27,745 bases of DNA from Gemmatimonadota bacterium (GTDB lineage Bacteria > Latescibacterota > UBA2968 > UBA8231): contig JAYPJE010000008.1 of NCBI GenBank assembly GCA_038128265.1, forward strand, positions 84,149 through 111,893, read 5' to 3'. Numbering within the stretch: position 1 is the stretch's first letter; every line of letters begins with the position of its first letter. The position numbers and the translations under genes were made by a program. The notes beneath the pieces are model-generated. The model worked only from the letters and a program-made list of their open reading frames with translations. It did no database searches and had not been told where the DNA came from. This document shows positions 8,348-16,306 of this stretch, piece by piece.

Positions 8348-8707
8348 TCAGATGAGCAGCGAGCAGTGAAGTCGAAATAGGGGGGGAGGAGCGGAAAGGA
8401 CTGCGACCATAGGCTTTTCTACCCGAGGGCGCAGCTGTAGCGCGTACAACACCTGTTTTACCGCGGGATGCCACTGCACGTCGTGCGCTATATCTGCCGC
8501 AGGCAGCGACGGCGGCACTGCTTCAACCTCGCCGCACGCCATGACCCCGCAGCAGCAGGGCGCGCCGATAGTCACATCGGCTCCCGCATGGCACGCCATG
8601 GGCTGCGGCGCAGCTGAACACGGCGCACACAGCGCAGCCCAGCCGCTGCCGTGGGCGACACACAGTGCGAGCAGCAGGATATGCAGTGCAATACGACGTT
8701 TTTTCAT
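8348..8707 (-). CDS. Small Cys/His-rich protein upstream of the cus operon (DUF2946/HYC_CC_PP-like candidate leader protein)
   Basis: Likely start MKKRRIALHILL at 8707. Hydrophobic N-terminus, CAPC, MACH, PCCCGVMAC and C-terminal SAPPPLFRLHCSLLI. Confidence 0.7.
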   Translation of the reverse strand: MKKRRIALHILLLALCVAHGSGWAALCAPCSAAPQPMACHAGADVTIGAPCCCGVMACGEVEAVPPSLPAADIAHDVQWHPAVKQVLYALQLRPRVEKPMVAVLSAPPPLFRLHCSLLI

Positions 8708-8827
8708 GGCCCAATCCGCGCGTGCTTTAGCCCATCTGTAGATGGAGCAAGAACCGAGCATCCATTCGCGCTGACAGAAGTTGTGATCTTTTTATAAAGA
8801 TAAAAAAAAATACCCAATCGCGCCGTT

Positions 8828-9529
8828 TTAGTATGTCCAGCTCATGCGCAATCCCCAGCCGTCACCGAGCCGTGCTGGGGCGGCGACCACGGCAGCACGG
8901 CGCGACGACCGCGTCGTCACCCATCCGGCCAGCGCGCCCAATCCCGCCCCCGCAACCACGTCCGATACGTAGTGATGTCGACCGTGAACGCGCGCCACGG
9001 GCACTAGCGCTGCCAGCACATAGGCCGGAACCGCAGCGCGCTGACCGTAGCGACGCGCCAGCGTCGTGGCAACGGCAAAGGCATTGGCCGAATGGCCGGA
9101 AGGAAAGGATAGGCGATTGCTGCCGTCCGGCCGCTGGCGACGAACGGCGACTTTAAGCGGCGCTACCATAGCGTTGGCCAGCACCAGCGCACGCAGCACC
9201 TGCGAAGACGCAGCGATCCGTTCTTCCGATCCCCAATTGTGCGCAGCTACGCGAAGCGCAACGGCGGCAGAAAGCGCGTGTGCCGAACTCAAATAGGTGT
9301 TGCCGGCGTCTAACAGCGGTTCGACATAGATATTATCTACCCGACCGCTGAGACGCCCGTCGAGCGGGTGCACCAGCAGGGCACCGCCCAGCGCTGCGCC
9401 AACCCAGGCCAAGCAAGCAGGTTCACCTAAGGCGCGCACATCTTCGCGCAGCAGCTGCCAATCGGACGTTCCGTGTGCCGTCGCGCAGGTCAGCAGCATC
9501 CATGCACAACAGCGCGGCAACCAACGCAT
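8828..9529 (-). CDS. PAP2-family phosphatase
   Basis: C1 KVAVRRQRP, C2 SFPSGH and C3 ARVHGRHHYVSDV motifs; N-terminal signal-like segment. Confidence 0.9.
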   Translation of the reverse strand: MRWLPRCCAWMLLTCATAHGTSDWQLLREDVRALGEPACLAWVGAALGGALLVHPLDGRLSGRVDNIYVEPLLDAGNTYLSSAHALSAAVALRVAAHNWGSEERIAASSQVLRALVLANAMVAPLKVAVRRQRPDGSNRLSFPSGHSANAFAVATTLARRYGQRAAVPAYVLAALVPVARVHGRHHYVSDVVAGAGLGALAGWVTTRSSRRAAVVAAPARLGDGWGLRMSWTY

Positions 9530-9534
9530 GCAGC

Positions 9535-10254
9535 CTATATCGACGGCACCATTTGGCGCACGCCGTTGACATACTTCACATCGTATTCGCCCTGCGGTAC
9601 TTCCATGGCACGCAGCGCTACTTCACCCATCGTAACCAACGGCTCAGACAGCTCAAGGAGTTCGTCAAAGGACTCCTGCGGCGTCTTGCCCGTCGTATCC
9701 AGCACAACCGTCCGATGCGCGTGCGTGAAGAGCGATTTTTCTACCTCTTCGTCAAAGCGCTTTTTAATTTCGCCGATATCGCCCTCGCGCACGATGGGAT
9801 ACTCGTGCGGACTATCGCGCATGCGCTGCGCAATTTCCTCGTCGCTAGCCGTAACGTGAAACATGACGATGTCGGGCAGGTGCGCCTCTAAGACCTGCGC
9901 TTCGTAAAGGCGCTGAAATTGATAGGCGTATCGCTTGTAGTATGGGCTGTCGGCATCGTCGCCGTAAAAATTCGTGTAGATGGCCTCTTCTATATGCCAG
10001 CCAGCGATCAGCGGGCAGGCATATTTCTTTATGATGTCCACGTGATAATGAATTTGCATGCGCTGCATGCGCTCTTTGATATCCTCTGGCAGACCTACCA
10101 TAATTTCGCGCGAAGGCGCACTCAGCGTCGAATCGGGAATGGTAAAATGGTCGTCGCCGTGAATGCGGACGTTACGGTGGCGATAGTACTGACCCAATAG
10201 GTCGATTAGAGTCGACTTACCGGCGTATTCAATACCGACGAAAATGCTGCGCAT
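9535..10254 (-). CDS. P-loop NTPase, nucleoside-monophosphate-kinase-like, substrate unknown
   Basis: IFVGIEYAGKST Walker A at the N-terminus, lid-like HVTASDEEIAQRM and VLDTTGKTPQE. GGAGGA RBS before ATG 10254. Confidence 0.75.
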   Translation of the reverse strand: MRSIFVGIEYAGKSTLIDLLGQYYRHRNVRIHGDDHFTIPDSTLSAPSREIMVGLPEDIKERMQRMQIHYHVDIIKKYACPLIAGWHIEEAIYTNFYGDDADSPYYKRYAYQFQRLYEAQVLEAHLPDIVMFHVTASDEEIAQRMRDSPHEYPIVREGDIGEIKKRFDEEVEKSLFTHAHRTVVLDTTGKTPQESFDELLELSEPLVTMGEVALRAMEVPQGEYDVKYVNGVRQMVPSI

Positions 10255-10365
10255 AGCGAATCCTCCCTGCGGCAAAGAGACTGGTCTGTGCGTATTTATG
10301 CGGTATATTCAAGGCGATTTAACATAAACAGACCCATTCACTCGATCAATTCGGAACCCATCCCA

Positions 10366-11388
10366 ATGACCAATGGCTCCTCTAAGGTAGGCGTACTCGT
10401 CGCCCAATTGGGCACGCCGAAGGCGCCCACCGCCGCCGCACTGCGCCCCTATTTGCGCGAATTTCTGTCCGATCCGCGCGTAGTTGACCTACACCCTCTC
10501 AAGTGGTATCCCATACTCTACGGTATTGTCCTCACCTTTCGCCCCAGACGCTCGGCGGCGCTCTACGCCAACGTGTGGACGGAAGAAGGCTCGCCGCTCA
10601 TGCTGTACTCGAAAGCACAGACAAACGGCCTACAGGAGCGGCTCGGCGATGCGTACGAGGTGATCCTCGGTATGCGCTACGGCGAGCCCAGCATCGGTGC
10701 AGCCATGCGTCAGTTCGCCGAACGGGGCATCGAGCGCATCCTCGTCTTTCCCATGTACCCGCAGTTTTCCTGCTCGACGACTGGGTCGATTTACGACGCG
10801 GTCAACCGCGCGGCCATGGGCAGGCGCTGCCCCTGGTTTTTCGATCGCAAACGCTCCATGCCAACGCTGCGCTTTGTGCCGCCCTATTACGATCACCCGG
10901 CTTATATCGAATCGCTCGCTCAGCGCGTGCGCGAAAGCCGCGCGCAGATCGACTGGCAGCCCGACTGCCACCTGATCACATTCCACGGCATTCCGCAGCG
11001 CTACGTCGACGAGGGCGATCCCTATCGCAGTCACTGCGAAGAAACGGCGCGCCTGCTGGCAGCAAATCTCGAACTCTCGGAAAAGGACTGGAAGCTCTGC
11101 TTTCAATCGCGCTTTGGAAGAGAGACTTGGCTCCAACCCTACACAGATGAGACGCTGGAAGCATTTGGCGAAAAAGGCGTCAAAAACCTGCTGGCAACCT
11201 GCCCTGGGTTTACCTCTGACTGTCTGGAGACCATCGATGAAATCGGACGGGAGGGGGAGGAGGAGTTCACGGGCGGCGGCGGCGAGCGCTTTCACCTGTC
11301 TCCCTGCCTAAACGACCATCCGACATGGCTGGATGCCATGGCGCAGATTGCGCGCGAAGAAACCGTCGGGTGGGTGAAAAAACCTTGA
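10366..11388 (+). CDS. hemH: Ferrochelatase
   Basis: GVLVAQLGTP, YLREFLSDPRVV, GSPL, MRYGEPSI, PMYPQFS, FHGIP, FQSRFG, WLQPYT and GFTSDCLETIDEI. Start placed at MTNGSS. Confidence 0.96.
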   Translation: MTNGSSKVGVLVAQLGTPKAPTAAALRPYLREFLSDPRVVDLHPLKWYPILYGIVLTFRPRRSAALYANVWTEEGSPLMLYSKAQTNGLQERLGDAYEVILGMRYGEPSIGAAMRQFAERGIERILVFPMYPQFSCSTTGSIYDAVNRAAMGRRCPWFFDRKRSMPTLRFVPPYYDHPAYIESLAQRVRESRAQIDWQPDCHLITFHGIPQRYVDEGDPYRSHCEETARLLAANLELSEKDWKLCFQSRFGRETWLQPYTDETLEAFGEKGVKNLLATCPGFTSDCLETIDEIGREGEEEFTGGGGERFHLSPCLNDHPTWLDAMAQIAREETVGWVKKP

Positions 11389-11414
11389 CATGCCCTCCCA
11401 CTTTTTTGCATACT
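11385..11414 (+). promoter_or_regulatory. Possible sigma70 promoter for the downstream gene
   Basis: TTGACA (11385-11390, overlapping the hemH stop)-N18-CATACT. Confidence 0.35.
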
Positions 11415-11466
11415 TGCAGCGCTTCGCGCCGTCGTTTCCCCTCTAACCTGCGCTGCTTTATTGCCC

Positions 11467-12579
11467 ATGGCTGCACTGCCGGAAAACCTCGAGAGAAAGC
11501 TGACGCGCCTCGGCAGTACCCTTATTGATGTTCAGCGCGCCCACCCCATTATAAACCCTACGCAGGACGCCGATGGATTCTGGTTTGGCGGCGGCAATGC
11601 CGTGCGCGATCCGCACGACGGCAGCCTGCTGCTGATCGGCCGCTATCGCGACGCCGGCGACAGCCGCACCGGTCTTAGCCAAGGCACGCGCGGACGCGAG
11701 TTGGCCATTTTTCGCTCGCTCGACGACGGCCGCAGCTTTGAGAAAATGCACGCCTGGGATAAGTCCGACCTCTACTGCGGATCGGCCGTCTTGAGCATCG
11801 AGGGCAGCGCCCTGCGCGTGACCAAGCGCCGGGTAGAGGTTCTGGTGTCCACGGAAAAAGTGCGCACCTATCCGCGCCAGCTCCGCGATTTCCAAAAACC
11901 CGGAACAGGTGTCTGGAGCATCGACCGCTTCAGCGCCACGCGCGTGGAAAAGCTGGCACCGCAGGAGCGTATCGCTCCCCTGATGACGAGCAGCGACCCA
12001 GCCTACTTACACGTCAAAGACCCCAGCGTTTCAAGCGGTTTCCAAAACGGTCGCACGCTGCTGCTCTACTGCGCCCATCCCTACACGTGGTCTTCGAGCA
12101 CCTCGGGCTGTGCCACCTGGAGCGGAGACGCACTCGACGCGCCCAACCCCGACTTCTTTCCGCGCGGTTCCGCCTGGGATGTAGCCGCCACGCGCATCAC
12201 CTGCCGCCTGCCCGTGCCGCGCATCGGCGCCTTTGCCAACCTGCCCGCGCTGTCGCTCTACTTCTACGACGGGGCCGAGTGCCTGCGTCCGCTCGACGCG
12301 CACCAAAAGAGCGTTTCCAGAGCGCGCGGCTACTCGTGCGAGGAGTTGGGCGGTCTGGCCTACGGCTTTGACCGCGCCTTTCCACAGCTGCACCGCCTGA
12401 GCCGTTTGGCACCGCTCTTTGTGTCGCCGCAGGGCACCGGGGCCAATCGCTATGTCTCCGTGCTAGCCGAGGAAAACGGCGATCTCTTCGCCACCTGGGA
12501 GCGCTCCGCTGCAACGCGCGCCCAGCCGCTGGTCGCCCATCGCCTCAGCGCAGCCCGCATCGGCAAGTTGCTCGCTTGA
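11467..12579 (+). CDS. Beta-propeller glycoside-hydrolase/sialidase-like protein (Asp-box), apparently cytoplasmic
   Basis: Asp-box-like FRSLDDGRSF, HVKDP motif, no signal peptide. Start could be TTG 11461 or ATG 11467. Confidence 0.6.
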   Translation: MAALPENLERKLTRLGSTLIDVQRAHPIINPTQDADGFWFGGGNAVRDPHDGSLLLIGRYRDAGDSRTGLSQGTRGRELAIFRSLDDGRSFEKMHAWDKSDLYCGSAVLSIEGSALRVTKRRVEVLVSTEKVRTYPRQLRDFQKPGTGVWSIDRFSATRVEKLAPQERIAPLMTSSDPAYLHVKDPSVSSGFQNGRTLLLYCAHPYTWSSSTSGCATWSGDALDAPNPDFFPRGSAWDVAATRITCRLPVPRIGAFANLPALSLYFYDGAECLRPLDAHQKSVSRARGYSCEELGGLAYGFDRAFPQLHRLSRLAPLFVSPQGTGANRYVSVLAEENGDLFATWERSAATRAQPLVAHRLSAARIGKLLA

Positions 12580-12793
12580 TACGAGTGCGATAGCCCATTT
12601 CAACTCAACACCAAAGATGTATCTATAGCCGAAAAAGGGGTCGACGCCCCATTCGACAAACGGCCTATTGAGCCTTCGTGCGCATGCGTAAATTTTGGCT
12701 CCCCATTAAAGGCTAGGGTCCCTATATTTGTCCATATATATGGTGCGCTATTGGTGCGCACGTGGTTTTTATTTCACCATACGGAGGGGTATA

Positions 12794-13267
12794 ATGAGGA
12801 AAGTATTTTGCACAGTCGTCGCGCTGGCCGCTTTGGTCTGTGCACAACCCAGCGATGCCGGGATCGGCATCTCGCCGCGCTTGGCCCTGCCGCTGGGCGA
12901 TTTTGGCGATACGGTAGGCATGGGCTTCGGTGCCAGCGCTGTTATGGATGGCGTCATGGACAAGCCGGTTCGCGCCGGTCTCAGCTTTCTCATGTTTGGT
13001 GAAGGCGATTTTGGCTCGGCTACGGGTATGGGTCTCTTTGCTGGCTACCAGCGCAAAGTGGGTAGCGTCGACGTCAAGTTTGACGTAAATCTGATGCGCA
13101 TTACTACGGAGATTGAGGTGTTTGGCATTTCCGTCGAAGACACGGAAACGAAGATTAAGCTTACCCCAGGCGTGGGCTATACGATGGGCAAGCTGGCCGC
13201 CGAGATCGACTACGACATCGCCGGCGACTGGGCTGGAGTCAACTTGTATTACATGCTGGGCGAGTAA
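12794..13267 (+). CDS. Small outer-membrane beta-barrel protein (157 aa)
   Basis: GGAGG RBS before ATG 12794; signal peptide ending PSDA; LALPLGDFGD...GFG; alternating amphipathic strands; terminal GVNLYYMLGE. Confidence 0.8.
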   Translation: MRKVFCTVVALAALVCAQPSDAGIGISPRLALPLGDFGDTVGMGFGASAVMDGVMDKPVRAGLSFLMFGEGDFGSATGMGLFAGYQRKVGSVDVKFDVNLMRITTEIEVFGISVEDTETKIKLTPGVGYTMGKLAAEIDYDIAGDWAGVNLYYMLGE

Positions 13268-13324
13268 CGTCACAGAGGCTGTATAGCACGGCATCTATAG
13301 AAACAAACGCTACTAGTTAGTGGA

Positions 13325-13362
13325 ACAAACGCGTCGGCAGTTGTCACTGCCGACGCGTTTGT
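13325..13362. terminator. Long hairpin between convergent genes (probable bidirectional terminator)
   Basis: Perfect 17-bp stem ACAAACGCGTCGGCAGT-tgtc-ACTGCCGACGCGTTTGT. Confidence 0.8.
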
Positions 13363-13398
13363 CGTAAGAGCCGTTATCCCCACAACCCCAATACAGTT

Positions 13399-14043
13399 CT
13401 ATGCCAACGCGAAACGCCCTGAGAGCCACTGTCGCCAGTCGGCCAAACATTCGGCGTCTATGGCATGCCCCATATCGTATTCCAGGTAGGACAGATCGAC
13501 CGGCAGTGCCTGCAGTAGATCGCGCGCTGCACGCGCTTGCTCAATGGATATGATCTCGTCCTGACGACCGTGCGCCATAAAAATAGGCAACCCGCGCACG
13601 CTCTCAGGCTCTGTAGGCAGCATCTCTTCGCCACAGGTGCCGCTCAGCGCTGCTGCGCCGACAAACTCGCTAGGCTGACGCAGCGCTAGGGTCAACGCCA
13701 TAATCGCACCCTGGCTAAATCCGGCCAGAGCGATTTGTTCTGGCTGATGCTGGTGCCGCAGTTCGGCTACAAAATCCGCAATGCGCTGCACGGCATCCCA
13801 CGCCTGTTCGTAATCAAAGCGGATGCCCTCTTCGCTCCACTCTATTTCAAACCACGCATACCCGCCAAAGGGCAGCACGTGCGGGGCGCGCGCGCTAATG
13901 CACACTAAGCGTGGGTCTAAATAGGGCGCCAGGCCGAGCAAATCTTCTTCGTTGCTTCCGTAGCCATGCAGCAGCACGAGCAAAGGTGCACCAGATGCGC
14001 TGGCTTCGGGCCCTCGGTGTAAAACGCTGTATAGGGAATCCAT
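13399..14043 (-). CDS. Phospholipase/carboxylesterase (alpha/beta hydrolase)
   Basis: LLHGYGS oxyanion motif, GFSQG nucleophile elbow, HGRQD and MGH triad motifs. Confidence 0.92.
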   Translation of the reverse strand: MDSLYSVLHRGPEASASGAPLLVLLHGYGSNEEDLLGLAPYLDPRLVCISARAPHVLPFGGYAWFEIEWSEEGIRFDYEQAWDAVQRIADFVAELRHQHQPEQIALAGFSQGAIMALTLALRQPSEFVGAAALSGTCGEEMLPTEPESVRGLPIFMAHGRQDEIISIEQARAARDLLQALPVDLSYLEYDMGHAIDAECLADWRQWLSGRFALA

Positions 14044-14058
14044 TATGATACGAGCCTC

Positions 14059-16212
14059 TCAGGCGGAGAGTTCGGCGTGGTAGCGTCCCGCCTTGCGGAC
14101 GACCAGGACCACGTAGTCCGCTTCGCTAACAACTTCATGCGCATAAAAATTGGGATAGATTTTCTCGTTGCGCCACACGGTCTCACCGTTGAGCGACACC
14201 GTGGGAAAGCGCTTGCCCAAGCGCGGTACGGCCAGACGCAACTCGCCCGCCGTTGCGCATTCTACAACCAGCGAAAAATAACCTGCTCCGTTGAGCGACC
14301 ACTCGATAGACAACGCATCCGCGCCAACGCCCACGGTACCGCTGACCCGCTGCATCGGCTCGGCCTGCGGGCGCACCTCTACGGCGCGATCGGCCGCGCG
14401 CAGCCACTGCACGCCCAGCGCATGCTGGGCCAAGAGCGCGTCCACGCCTGGCACAATATCCAACGTTGCTGCGCGATCGCGCCACGATATCCCCTCGCGC
14501 GACAGCAGGCGACCCCAGTGCACGTCGATGCAGGCACGCGCACGTTCACCCAGACCGTGCTGCCAAAGCCCTCCAGCCAAAAAAAATGCCTGCCATGCGT
14601 CGGCCAGCGGCACGTCAGCGGCCGACAGCGCAGCCGACGCGGCGCGCGCCTGCTCTGCGCTGAGCAGGTTGAAATACAGCGCCAGCGCGTGGGCCCACTG
14701 ACTGGTCTGGCTGCCGGCATGCGCATCCTGCAGCAGTCCGCGTTCGGCCAGCCAGCGCGATGCGACCGCTGCGCGCCACGCTTGTTCCAGCCCTTCACAG
14801 TTCTCCGCACGCGAAGTTTCGCCCCATTCTGCGTATAGCGCGCTCAGTTGGCCATACGTCCCAGAATAGAGCGCACAGGTCGCCGTATCGGCTTCGTGTG
14901 GGTGCAAACCGCCCAGCATCTCTTCTGCTTCCGGCAATAGGCGCCGAGCGAGCGGGCTATTGCCACTAAAGCAGTGGTGTGCGGCAATACAAAGGGCGAA
15001 AAAAGCGCGTTCCACCGTCGAGTCGGGCTCGACGGCGCCCTGCAGCGCGGCCCCCAGCGTTTGCACATGGGCCGTTCGATAAAAATCGTTTAGTCCCAGC
15101 ACGTAGTGATGCAGCCAGGATCCGCGTCCACCGCCGACCTCGCTCAGATATACCTGGCGCCGCGCCTCGACTAGCGACGGCAGGCCAACGCGCCACAGAT
15201 CATCCAGCTCATGTGCCGTAAATGTGCTCTCGCCCTCCGTGGCAAAGTGCTGTTCCATGATCGAAACGCAGTCGATTTCCATTTCTTCAGAACAGGCGCT
15301 TACTCGCATCAGCACGTAGCGACAGGCCACGGCCTCCGGCGCCGTCCAATCGCTTTTGCCCGCGGCGCACACATAGCGCATCGCTCCCTGCACGGCACCG
15401 CGCGCGCGCGCAAAGGTCAGATCGACAACGGCTCCGTCTGTGCCGCGCAGGCGCAGGCGCGGATGGCCGTAGACCACCCGCCCGAAATCCAGCAGCACAT
15501 AGGCCGCCCGCTCGGCGCTGCGCGTCTGCACGAGCGCCTGCGTCCTACCCACGCTCAACAGCGCCTCGCGGTGCACGAATTTGACGTTGCGCATCGCATC
15601 GGGAAACTCGACAAACGTCAGTGCCGCATCGGCGTCCACTTCGCCCCACGCGACGACCTCACGTGCCGACACCTCGCGTTCTTGAGCGACCAGCGGATCC
15701 CACTCGCTTGGAGTGGGTCCATCGACCACCGCAGCACCCTGCCAGTTTTCCTCACCAATATGGCCGCGAGCCCATCCGCCTTTGGCCTGCGGTGCGATAT
15801 ATGCACATACCGCACCGCGCTGCCAGGCATCGTCACACCAGACCTGCCAGGGCGTGCCCGTGTGAAACTCGCGCCGCTTGCCATCGCGGCCGACGGCACT
15901 GCACTCGGCACGCAGCCAGTCGCCTGCTGCCGTGCCGAGCACGGCAATCAGCACGGTGTTTTCGCCCTCGGCAAGCCATCGACCAATATCGACCCGCTCC
16001 CATACGGCTCCCTGTGCCAAATCGCCGCCCGAACCGCGCCCGGTCAGCGCGCCGTTGACATATACGGCAAACGGTCCGCTTGCCGCGGCCAGTACATGCC
16101 CCTCACTCGACTCCGCAGACAGCGTTAAACGCTGGCGAAAGAGCGTGAGCGGCGACGACGGCTGTGGGTGTGGATGCCAAATCGCCTGAGATTTGACCGA
16201 GGTATTTTGCAT
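14059..16212 (-). CDS. Alpha-L-rhamnosidase (GH78)-like protein, apparently degenerate
   Basis: N-terminal LFRQRLTL...VYVNG...LAEGENTVLI, LLDFGRVVYGHPRL, CRYVLMRV, SQWAHALAL and C-terminal VRPQ...VSGTV. The catalytic DCPxRER...WxGD segment is not recognisable. Confidence 0.7.
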   Translation of the reverse strand: MQNTSVKSQAIWHPHPQPSSPLTLFRQRLTLSAESSEGHVLAAASGPFAVYVNGALTGRGSGGDLAQGAVWERVDIGRWLAEGENTVLIAVLGTAAGDWLRAECSAVGRDGKRREFHTGTPWQVWCDDAWQRGAVCAYIAPQAKGGWARGHIGEENWQGAAVVDGPTPSEWDPLVAQEREVSAREVVAWGEVDADAALTFVEFPDAMRNVKFVHREALLSVGRTQALVQTRSAERAAYVLLDFGRVVYGHPRLRLRGTDGAVVDLTFARARGAVQGAMRYVCAAGKSDWTAPEAVACRYVLMRVSACSEEMEIDCVSIMEQHFATEGESTFTAHELDDLWRVGLPSLVEARRQVYLSEVGGGRGSWLHHYVLGLNDFYRTAHVQTLGAALQGAVEPDSTVERAFFALCIAAHHCFSGNSPLARRLLPEAEEMLGGLHPHEADTATCALYSGTYGQLSALYAEWGETSRAENCEGLEQAWRAAVASRWLAERGLLQDAHAGSQTSQWAHALALYFNLLSAEQARAASAALSAADVPLADAWQAFFLAGGLWQHGLGERARACIDVHWGRLLSREGISWRDRAATLDIVPGVDALLAQHALGVQWLRAADRAVEVRPQAEPMQRVSGTVGVGADALSIEWSLNGAGYFSLVVECATAGELRLAVPRLGKRFPTVSLNGETVWRNEKIYPNFYAHEVVSEADYVVLVVRKAGRYHAELSA

Positions 16213-16306
16213 GGTACCGTTCGTGTGTAAGTAGTGCTGTATCCGCAGCCAAGTCGCTCAGAGCGGATCGATGGCAGCAATCTGTTGCAACCTTATATTA
16301 GCGCGT

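Noticed and set aside
8292..8474. 60-aa alternative minus-strand ORF overlapping the leader
   Set aside because: No RBS or motifs. The overlapping Cys-rich frame has a coherent signal/CxxC/PP architecture.
13300..13362. ACAAACGC occurring twice plus a long hairpin, considered as CRISPR/REP/MITE
   Set aside because: Only one hairpin copy in the window with no spacer periodicity. Its position between convergent genes fits a terminator.
14077..16128. Long plus-strand ORFs (253 and 305 aa) opposite the GH78-like gene
   Set aside because: Typical high-GC antisense frames with no domain signal.
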